Virus record (IMG/VR): IMGVR_UViG_3300046167_000116
Coordinates: 1-25,845 of that record
Reading direction: 5' to 3' (one strand)
Origin: a virus
Taxonomy: Duplodnaviria > Caudoviricetes
Length of the DNA: 25,845 nt
In this document: positions 14,397 through 23,755 of the stretch, one piece after another
Layout of the letters: each line of letters opens with the position of its first letter
Numbering within the stretch: position 1 is the first letter of the stretch
Made by a program: the position numbers and the translations under genes
The notes under the pieces: generated by a model
The model's database searches: none
Told to the model about the DNA's origin: nothing
The model's input: the letters and a program-made list of their open reading frames with translations, nothing else

Positions 14397-16585
14397 TGCA
14401 GAAGGTAAGAATCCCACAGAATAGCTTTCAGTACGGAGAAATAAGTGACAATACTGTAATGAGGACTGATAGTCCTATCTATGCTGCGTCTGCACAAAGC
14501 TTAGAGAATATGATTGTATTGCCAGAAGGTGCTGTAAAGAAACGACATGGTGCTAAGTTTCATTACAAAAATACACAAACCAATAAGGAGTTGTACTTAG
14601 CTCCATTTATATTTGACGATAACGAAGAGTATATAATTAGTATTGGTGAAGCATACATACTGTGCTGGAGAATTACTGCTAATAATAATTTAAGTTTAGT
14701 GGCTACGATTACACAAGACACACAAAGCAATGTGCTGCCGTTTGATAAAGACTACATACATCAATACAATACTGCGCAATATGGTGACGTTATGTTTATA
14801 TGTCACCCATTGTTTGCACCACGTATGCTTACAAGAACAAGCCTTACAACATTTGAGGTTAGTGTATTTAGCTTTGATGAAAGTTATGATGGTAAAGATA
14901 CATATCAACCATACAGTGTGTTTCATAGCACTAACCAAACATTAACAGTAAGTTCATATACTGAAGGTAGCGGTAGAACATTAACCGCTAGCTCCGCTTA
15001 CTTTGATACAACAGGAAAACATAACAATGTTGTATTAAGATATGGTGGTAATGAAATAAGAATAGATTCAGTAACATCATCAACGATTGCTACTGGTACT
15101 GTAATAAGAGAATTATCTACTAGGCTTACAGTCTCTAACCCATTGCGCACTAGAGATGGGTCAAATGTTATTGAGGTTACGCATATAGGTCATGGGTTAA
15201 CAGGTGGTGCTACTATTGTAGTTGCAGATGCTGTAGCTGTTGGTGGTATTAATGCAAGTAATATCAATGGAACTAAATCAATATTATCAATTATAGACGA
15301 AAATACATACAGTATTGTTTCTAGCACTAACGCAAATGCTTCTGAAGATGGTGGTGGTTTTGTTAAGATAAGCTCTAACGCAACGACTACAGTATGGGAC
15401 GAGCAATCTTTTTCTGCATTACGTGGTTATCCAGCAGCCGTTACATTCCATGAAAATAGATTATGTTTTGCTGGCACAATAGCTGAACCCGATACAATAT
15501 TTATGAGTCAACTCGGTGAGTTCTTTAACTACGATGTTGGCGAAGGTGCTGATACTGACGCTATAAACTTGGTTGCGGCTACAGGTGATGTAAATGAAAT
15601 AAGATATATGAGGTCAAATCGCGACCTACAGATCTTTACGCTATCAGATGAGTTATATGTACCAACGTATCTTAACCAAGCTATTACACCTACAAATGCA
15701 CAGATAAGAAAGCAAACACCATTTGGTACTGAGTTTGTATTACCTACCTCTATTGATGGTGCTACTATATTCGTTGAGCGTGGTGGTAGAGCAGTACGCG
15801 AATACATATACTCTGATGCAGAAGATGCTTACATATCTACAGGTGTATCTACAGTTGCAAGTCATACAATAGTTAACCCAGTTGATATAGCAGTAGTGCA
15901 TTCTGGATTTAAAACCCAAGAATCTTATGCAGCTTTAGTTATGGGCAATGGTGACATGGCATTGTTTAGTTCTAACAGGGCGGAAAAACGTGCAGCTTGG
16001 ACAAGAGTTACAACGCAAGGCGACTTCTTAGCAGCTGCGTCTGTAGGTGATAGGTTATTTTATTATGCAAAAGATATAAATAATAACTATGTATTGTCAG
16101 AGTTTGTAGACGACATAGGCTTAGATAACTATTTATACGTTGCGTATGGTAGTGGCACAGTAGATGTAAGTAGTTTGTATTCTAGCGGTACAGTAGATGT
16201 TATTGGTTACGATGGCACAGATAAGGTTTACTTAGGCGAGTTTACTGTAAGCGGTGGTAATATTACTATGACAGCGCACAGTGGCTATACACATTTCTAT
16301 GTAGGTAAAAAGTTTACATCTAAAGTAATTACTAATCCTGTAGATACTGTGGCTGCAAATGGGCCAGTTACAGGCGATGTAAGGGGTATAAGTACAGTTG
16401 TACTTAATATGAAAGACTCTACATCTGTTAAGGTAAATAACAGGACTATTAATAATATTACTGGATTTACAGGTAACAAAGAGGTTAGGCTTTTAGGATA
16501 TGGTAGAAACCCACAAGTTACTATCGAGCAAGTTGATCCCATGCCATTACAAATTAATGGCTTAATATCGGAGTTGATTACATAA
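14396..16585 (+). CDS. Tail tubular protein B (nozzle, T7 gp12-like)
   Basis: NSFQYGEIS, LENMIVLPEGAVKKRHG, GYPAAVTFHENRL, C-terminal PMPLQING motifs. Confidence 0.88.
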   Translation: MQKVRIPQNSFQYGEISDNTVMRTDSPIYAASAQSLENMIVLPEGAVKKRHGAKFHYKNTQTNKELYLAPFIFDDNEEYIISIGEAYILCWRITANNNLSLVATITQDTQSNVLPFDKDYIHQYNTAQYGDVMFICHPLFAPRMLTRTSLTTFEVSVFSFDESYDGKDTYQPYSVFHSTNQTLTVSSYTEGSGRTLTASSAYFDTTGKHNNVVLRYGGNEIRIDSVTSSTIATGTVIRELSTRLTVSNPLRTRDGSNVIEVTHIGHGLTGGATIVVADAVAVGGINASNINGTKSILSIIDENTYSIVSSTNANASEDGGGFVKISSNATTTVWDEQSFSALRGYPAAVTFHENRLCFAGTIAEPDTIFMSQLGEFFNYDVGEGADTDAINLVAATGDVNEIRYMRSNRDLQIFTLSDELYVPTYLNQAITPTNAQIRKQTPFGTEFVLPTSIDGATIFVERGGRAVREYIYSDAEDAYISTGVSTVASHTIVNPVDIAVVHSGFKTQESYAALVMGNGDMALFSSNRAEKRAAWTRVTTQGDFLAAASVGDRLFYYAKDINNNYVLSEFVDDIGLDNYLYVAYGSGTVDVSSLYSSGTVDVIGYDGTDKVYLGEFTVSGGNITMTAHSGYTHFYVGKKFTSKVITNPVDTVAANGPVTGDVRGISTVVLNMKDSTSVKVNNRTINNITGFTGNKEVRLLGYGRNPQVTIEQVDPMPLQINGLISELIT

Positions 16586-17028
16586 TGGCTTTTTTTCAAT
16601 TACTTAGCGCTGGAATATCAGCATATGCCTCAATACAGGCAGGTAAAGCTAAAGAAGATGCAGCTAGAATGGATGCATTTAACACTGAGACTGAACGTGA
16701 ACAGGGTGAAGTGTTAGCACTGCAACAAGCAGCGCAACGCAGATACGAGTACGATATTGCAACAAAAACAAATGTAGCAATGTTTGCAGCCAGTGGTCGT
16801 GACATAGGATCAGATAGATCAGTTGAAGCGTTCTTAGAAAAACAAAAAGAAATAGCCGCTGAAGATCTAAGCAGATTATCACAACAAAGAAACATGGAGG
16901 CTAGCGCAAGAACTAGAGAGGCTATGGCTCTACGCCGCGCTGGTAAAAATGCTAAACGTGCTTCTTTGCTACAGGCCGCTGGAACTGTGGCGCAAGGTAT
17001 ACACGATTATCAAAAAACTAAAACATAG
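16585..17028 (+). CDS. Internal virion (ejection) protein, gp14-like
   Basis: Ala/Gln-rich helical 147-aa protein with AASG motif, directly after the nozzle gene. Confidence 0.72.
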   Translation: MAFFQLLSAGISAYASIQAGKAKEDAARMDAFNTETEREQGEVLALQQAAQRRYEYDIATKTNVAMFAASGRDIGSDRSVEAFLEKQKEIAAEDLSRLSQQRNMEASARTREAMALRRAGKNAKRASLLQAAGTVAQGIHDYQKTKT

Positions 17029-17037
17029 GAATAAAAC

Positions 17038-20000
17038 ATGGCTGTTATAAGACAACAAACACAAGTTTTTAATAAGCCAGTTGGCGTGCGCAGAATAAAC
17101 ACAGGCGAAGCTGAGTTGTGGGAACAAGTAGCCGCACAAGCAAATGAGTTTAGCAATCGTGCTTTTAAAAGTGCAGCTGTAGAAGCAAATAAAATTGGTG
17201 CGGAAAAAGCTATGTCATTGTCTTCTAGTGACATTGTTGCGTTAGACCCAAAAACAAATCAACCAAAAGTATATCAACCACCAGAAGAATATGGACAAAT
17301 TGCAGCAAGTTCATTTCAAGAAATAATTAATGCACGCTTTGAAGAATCTGTTGACAAAGAGTTAGCTGCGCAAGGCGCACACTATGCAAAATTTGCAAGA
17401 AATGCAGACCATTATAATGAATTAATTAGTAGTCATGTTGCTAGCATGATTAACGCAGATGGAGAAGATACTTACTTTAGTCGTTATATAAATGAGTCTG
17501 GTACAGCTTATGCGTCTAAAACATATACTTCTATGAAAGCAGAAGAAATAGAAAATAGTAGAAAATCTATTTTGTTAAATGATCTTACTGTTGGCTATAA
17601 TCATATGGCTTCAATTAAAGAAGCTGTAACAAGCGGTACAACTTCACATCTTGATGTGTTAGAAAATTTAGATATAGAAAGAGCGCGTAGCGAAAGATTA
17701 AAAAATACTGGCGGTCTTACATTTCCACAATACACACAAAGAATGGAGAAAATAGACAGCTTACAATTGTTATCAGCGCACACATCTTTAGCGCAACAAT
17801 ACGCAGAGTTTGATAGCGTGCAACAAAAAGAATTTCTTAGCTTATTAAGTAAACCAGAAACTATACAAAATTTTGAATTAAGACAATTAACTATAGATGC
17901 ACTGTTAGATACTAAACCAGAAACATTAGCTAATGCATTAGAAAATTCTAGCGTTAGAACAGAAGAATATATAGAAACTGCAAAAGATAATTATACAACA
18001 TTATTAATTCCAAAATTAAGTTCAGTAACAACAGTTGAGCAAATAAATGAATTAGTAAAAGGTGTACCTGTTGATACAAGGGCTGCAGTTAAAGAAGGTT
18101 TATTAACACATTATATATCTATGAAAATAGATTTTGCTTCAGATGATGAGGAAAAGATAAACAATCTACAACTTGAATTAAATAAACCAAATCCAGATGT
18201 AGTTAGTTTAACTGCATTGCTTGACCAACATCAAATACAAAGAAACGAGCTTTTTGAAAATACAGGCGAGTTAGCACAATTTATTATAGATATGGATGTT
18301 AAAGGTAGAGGTGATTTAGTAAAATATTTAACAACTAAAGCTACATTTATAAGAACAAGAGATTCGTTAGTTATAGATAAAGTAGAAAAACAAATACAAA
18401 ATAATTTAAGAAACATGGCTACATCACAAGACCCTGTAAATGATTATACTAAATTTCAAAAAGCAATATTAAATGGTAAATTTAAAGATCAACAATCAAA
18501 GCTAGATTCTTTAGGTACTATATTTGGTCATACTATGAATAGGTTAGCAAGGCAAAGAGGTGTGTCTTATAATGAATTAATAAAAATTAAAGGTATGCTT
18601 GAAAATCCAACTCTACACGATGAGGCTGCATTATCTGATGATGGTAAATATGTACTTACAGCTTACAGAAATGCATTTGATGACATACCAACAGTGGTAA
18701 ATAGATCCATACAAGCAAGACTAAATGATATAAAACGTGAAATTGATACAAATTTAACCAATAAAAGATTAAACATTATTGGTATTACAATGGAAGGCCA
18801 AGGCCAAGTACCAGAAGACGATCTTAAATTTTATCAAGATCAAGTTTATGGTGAAAATTTATTAATAAATTCTAGTAATATAAAAATGTATGAAGAGTTA
18901 TTTCAAGAGCTTGGTAATAATAATATGTTTCCAGCTGTAAAAACTTATTTTGAAAATGTAGTAAACTCACAAAATGAAGATGATATAAATACAGCAGCAG
19001 GTTTGTGGTCACAATATACAAATGCACAAACAACATCTGCTGGAACACCATATGTAGGTGATAGATTAAAGAATAAAATTAGCAAAGGTGCTTACAACAA
19101 ATTAGCAGCTGCACATTATACAGCTAAAAAAGAAGGCATACTTGCTTCTACAGCAATGTTTGAACTTAATGAATATCAAGGAAATGTTGAGCAAGATATA
19201 TTAATTGATTTGTCAAAAGATAATAAAAAATACAAAAACTTAATTCGTTATTTTGATGATAAAAATATGAGTGCAAATTACAAAGCGCAAATAATAGCTG
19301 GTTTAAAAATGGCTAAAGCTAGAGGAAACATTATAACAGATGAATATGTTAATGAATATATAGAAGATTATACAAAAGACATAAGCGCAAAAGCAGATTC
19401 TAATGTTATTGCACCAACTATAGATGGAGCAGTTGAGTATGCTATATCTTCACATATAAGCAAAACTGACTTTTTAGAATCAGTTGGGAGTCTTACAGAT
19501 GCTTTAATTGCTAGCAATCCAGACAGCCCATTGCTAGGAGAAACGACAACTTTTGATCAAATCAAACAAGGATTTAGAGATATACTTGGTATGAATGCTG
19601 GTTTGTTAGTTGGCACAGTCTTGGAGTCAATGGGATTTCAAGAAGGTTCTTATGATGCATCTGCAAATTTATATAACCAAGAAAGAGTTAGGCAAGGCTA
19701 TGATACTTTAATTGCGTCTATTGTTTGGAAACCTGACACAGTTTCTTTTGCAAATGGACAACCTAAATATATAGCAGGTTTTATAAATGATTTTGATAGA
19801 TGGGAAGAAATACCTATAAACGGAGAGCAATACACTTTAATTCCGTCAGATGAAGAAGGAAAAGCTAAAGATAGATTTGTTACACATCAGCAGCATAGAA
19901 GCGCATTAATGAGTCCTGATTTATCTGTAAGGTCAAAATCTTTTATTGAAGTTTTAGCATCGCGTGAATTTTTTAAAAGCTATGAACAGCTTAAACTTCT

Positions 20001-20097
20001 TGATGAATATCCACAACTTTTGCAGGTTTACACAGAAGAGCAAATTAAAGAAATATTTGATGCAAGAAAAGAATTATCTTATGGGGACAATAACTGA
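17038..20097 (+). CDS. Large internal virion (ejection) protein, gp15-like position
   Basis: 1019-aa helical ORF with AGGA RBS; assigned by synteny, no catalytic motif recognised. Confidence 0.7.
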   Translation: MAVIRQQTQVFNKPVGVRRINTGEAELWEQVAAQANEFSNRAFKSAAVEANKIGAEKAMSLSSSDIVALDPKTNQPKVYQPPEEYGQIAASSFQEIINARFEESVDKELAAQGAHYAKFARNADHYNELISSHVASMINADGEDTYFSRYINESGTAYASKTYTSMKAEEIENSRKSILLNDLTVGYNHMASIKEAVTSGTTSHLDVLENLDIERARSERLKNTGGLTFPQYTQRMEKIDSLQLLSAHTSLAQQYAEFDSVQQKEFLSLLSKPETIQNFELRQLTIDALLDTKPETLANALENSSVRTEEYIETAKDNYTTLLIPKLSSVTTVEQINELVKGVPVDTRAAVKEGLLTHYISMKIDFASDDEEKINNLQLELNKPNPDVVSLTALLDQHQIQRNELFENTGELAQFIIDMDVKGRGDLVKYLTTKATFIRTRDSLVIDKVEKQIQNNLRNMATSQDPVNDYTKFQKAILNGKFKDQQSKLDSLGTIFGHTMNRLARQRGVSYNELIKIKGMLENPTLHDEAALSDDGKYVLTAYRNAFDDIPTVVNRSIQARLNDIKREIDTNLTNKRLNIIGITMEGQGQVPEDDLKFYQDQVYGENLLINSSNIKMYEELFQELGNNNMFPAVKTYFENVVNSQNEDDINTAAGLWSQYTNAQTTSAGTPYVGDRLKNKISKGAYNKLAAAHYTAKKEGILASTAMFELNEYQGNVEQDILIDLSKDNKKYKNLIRYFDDKNMSANYKAQIIAGLKMAKARGNIITDEYVNEYIEDYTKDISAKADSNVIAPTIDGAVEYAISSHISKTDFLESVGSLTDALIASNPDSPLLGETTTFDQIKQGFRDILGMNAGLLVGTVLESMGFQEGSYDASANLYNQERVRQGYDTLIASIVWKPDTVSFANGQPKYIAGFINDFDRWEEIPINGEQYTLIPSDEEGKAKDRFVTHQQHRSALMSPDLSVRSKSFIEVLASREFFKSYEQLKLLDEYPQLLQVYTEEQIKEIFDARKELSYGDNN

Positions 20098-23000
20098 TGG
20101 CAGATATAGAAATTCCATTAGCACCAGTATATTCTCAGACTCAAGGTAAACCAAGAGACATAACAAAAACAAGTTATGGGCAAGCATTTAACGCACAATC
20201 ACGTAGACTTTTTTCTGCGCCTTTACAGCAATTAAAATTTTACACAAGTGATACACCTTACGATCCAGATTCAAATGATAGAATTGAAACATATATTGAA
20301 AATAACGATCTTTATTCACAAGACGCACAATATTTAAGAGCGTATGGAATAGGCAGCGAAGAAAACTTTTTGTCAGCATTAGATTATATTAGCAGAAAAA
20401 ATAGAGATAAAGAATCTATGAACAATGCTTCTACTTTAACTGCATTTGTAAGTGATCCATTGCTACCAGTTACAATAGCTACACCATATGTTGCTGTAAA
20501 TTTATCAAGAGCAACAGGATATGCTTTATATAAAGGTGGTCTTAAAGGTAGCTTAAAGCAAGTTGCTAGAGCAAATGCACTGTTAACAGGCAAAAGGTAT
20601 ACAGGTAAAGAGCTATCAAAAATAGCTGCATTAGATGCTGCAGTAACAAGTGGCGCATATAATATAACAACAGCATTTACAGATATAGGTGTAAACCCTG
20701 ATGAAGTAGATGATATTATGTTTGCTGCTTCTCTTAGCACTATGGCTGATACAGCAATCTCAAGTGCATTTGGCTATGGTCTTGGAAAATATATTGAACG
20801 TCCACGAAATGGAAAAGTAAGAGTTAGAAATTATAGTACAAAATATAAACAATTTTTAAATAGTGTAAATTCAAGGCCAACAAAAGATGGAACTCCATTA
20901 TCATATACTGGTAAATGGTTTAATGAGTCTTGGCTTGGTAAAGCAATACCAAGTCCTTTAAAAGCTACTGTTACAGACAAAGACATACCAGATAAATATA
21001 CTGAAGAAATGTTATTGCTTGGTGGGTCTAATGGATTGCCATTAGTTGCAAATCAAATGGGTAAAAGTGTTGGTAATTCTGTGTTTATAAATGCTGGTCG
21101 CAGACAGGGCGAATGGTACAAAGCTATGGAAGTAGTTGATAATGGTTATAGGGAAGTAAGCCCTAGAGGAAACCCAGAAGTTCTTAATGTAAATCTTGCA
21201 GGGCCAATCGAAGGTGTAAGAAAAAGAATTGGTATGAGTGCTTTTCCTCCGTCTGAATGGCAAAGCCATATTGGCCAATTAATTATGGATGATGTTCCAT
21301 ATGACAAAGTATCTCTACAAGAAGCGCAAGCTATGCAAGCTGTAAGAGGGTATTTTGAGCCATTTGGTAAAGAGCTTGAAGAAATAGGTTTAATAAATAA
21401 ACGTGATGTATTTGAAGAATCTTACAATAAAGATTTAGGTAGAGCGTTTGAGGTAATAAGCGTTACTAATAAAATAATTGATCAAAATAAAAGATGGATG
21501 TCTTCTGAAATAGATGCAATGCAAGCTATTATAGATAAGCAAAAAGTAATACAAAGATCAATTATTGCACAAGAAAGCAATAGAGGCTTAACATCTAAGC
21601 AAGTTAAATTAAAAGCTGATGTGCAAGATACAATAACAAAATACCAAGATCAAATTGATAATTTTAACAAACAATTTGACACAATTAATAATGCTAAATC
21701 TATAGAAGAATTACAATTAGCGCATAGTAAATTAAATTTAACAAAAAAAATGGAAAAAGGTTTAGTTGATTTAAATACAGCAATTAAAGAAATAAGAGCA
21801 AAAATAGACAATGCAGCTGAAGTTATTAAATTTAATGACAAAAAAACTGCAAAAACTAAATATGATTTACCTAGAATATTTAATAGAAAAAAAAATACAC
21901 AAAGATAGAGATGGATTTAGAAACGCTCTTATAGAGGCATATAAAAAAGATCCTACTGTAATTAGTAAAGATGCTAATGGTTTTTATATTATGCAAAAAC
22001 TAGCAACTGATCCAGATTCATTGTATCGTAGAGCAGAAGAAACGATTGAAAACATTATGGAGGAAACAGAAGAAGATGCCATTGACGCTATTTTTACTGG
22101 TTATGGTCGCAGCGGTCCTCTTGTCTCTAGGAGACTAAGTATACCTAATAAAGATATAAAAAATTATTTAGTTACTGACGTTAAAGAACTTATGATTAAT
22201 TATGGCGCAAGAGTTGCTCCAAAACTAGAATATCACAAAGCTAATTTAAATCCTGATAATGGCAAGCTCATGACATTAGAGGAAAAAATTGATAGATTAC
22301 GCAATGATATGAAAAAAGATAATGTTCCTCCTAAAAAAATAAATAAGTTTATAAAAAATTATGTGCATACATATGATAGAGTAGTTGGTGCTGCATTAAA
22401 ACGACCTGATGCTTGGGATACAAAAATAGCAGATATGCTTAGAACAGCAACAAGCTGGACGTTTCTTGGTGGTTCTGGTGTAGCAGCATTTGGTGACGCT
22501 GCATCTATATTTATGGATCATGAGTTAAATGTGTTAGGCCGTACAGTTATAGGGTTAATGGATGATGTTAAATGGGGTGTTGGTGCAAACGAATTAAAAT
22601 TAGCTGGTGAAGCCTTAGAGTTAAAGCAAGGAACTACACATTTAAGGTTAATGGAAAGTTTATCTAACAATATGTTTAATAAAACAGTCCCAGACAAACT
22701 TAACAATGCATTTTTTGTAGCAAATGGACTTGGCCCTGTAACTGTAGGTATGAAAGTATTAGACAGTATAGTCCGCGGCCATACAATTATTGAGTCATCA
22801 ATTAGATTAACAAAAAATCAAGCTTCAGATTTTGAAAAAGAATTTTTAGCTAGGTATAATATAACTCCAGCAATGGCAAAACGTATAAGCAAAATGCCAT
22901 ATCAAAGATCTAAAGGTGGTGACTTAATACAGCCAAACACTGAAGCGTGGACTGACGTAGAGGCAGTAACTGAGTTTAGAAATGCGTTAAGATCTGGCGT

Positions 23001-23688
23001 TATGAACAGGGTTATTATGGGTGGTCCAGAAGATAAGCCAATTACTATGGATGGTGTAGCATATATACCAGATCATATAGCTAGAACTTTGCCATACTAT
23101 GATAAAATGCCAAAAGATTCTAGAGTCCCAGGATATGTTAGATTTGAATCTGGCTTCTTAGCATTACCATTTACTTTTTATAGCTTTGTGGTTGGAGCAT
23201 TAAACAAAATTACAGGTAATATGGCAGCTGGTGCTGTAAGAAATAAAACGGCTCATATAGCTGTAGCAATGATACTTGGATATAGTATTACAAAATTCCG
23301 CACACCTGACTGGGCTTGGGAAAAAATGGATATAGAAGATAAAGTAATGAGATCTTTTGATATGTCAGGTATAGCTGCACTACAAAGCGATATGCTTTAT
23401 AGAACGCTATCAATGGCACATGAGTTTGGTTTTGATAGTGGTTTTCCAATACAGCCAAAATATAGCGGTGGATACGATCCATTAGGTGCAGCAGTAAGTG
23501 TAGGTGGCGCACCAGCAGATTGGACATTAGAAATGATGCGATCAATAAAGCTTATGATTGAAGGTGATGTAGGAGATGGCGCAAAGAAATTTGTAAATAT
23601 GCTTCCTCTTATAGAAACAGTAGCTACTGGTGACGTAATTAAAGACACAATGAAAGATATTGTAGGGCAATTACCTAACAGGCCATAA
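20097..23688 (+). CDS. Large internal virion (ejection) protein, gp16-like position (about 1196 aa; frameshift in A9 run 21887-21895)
   Basis: Track ORFs 20097-21908 and 21811-23688 fuse (LPRIFNRKKIHKDRDGF) when one A is removed; hydrophobic C-terminal segments. Confidence 0.72.
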
Positions 23689-23702
23689 ATTGTGTAAATA
23701 TT

Positions 23703-23712
23703 TTGTGCGTTG
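23703..23712 (+). promoter_or_regulatory. Late promoter motif (copy 4, upstream box only)
   Basis: TTGTGCGTTG in the short intergenic gap before the tail fibre; the downstream GTGC is absent. Confidence 0.55.
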
Positions 23713-23755
23713 CGCTTCTATGCAATCAATGGAAAAAAGAACACAGAGGTGACAC

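Noticed and set aside
21887-21895. Programmed -1 frameshift or phase variation at the A9 run in the gp16-like gene
   Set aside because: A homopolymer length error is simpler given the other insertions; it cannot be fully excluded without reads.
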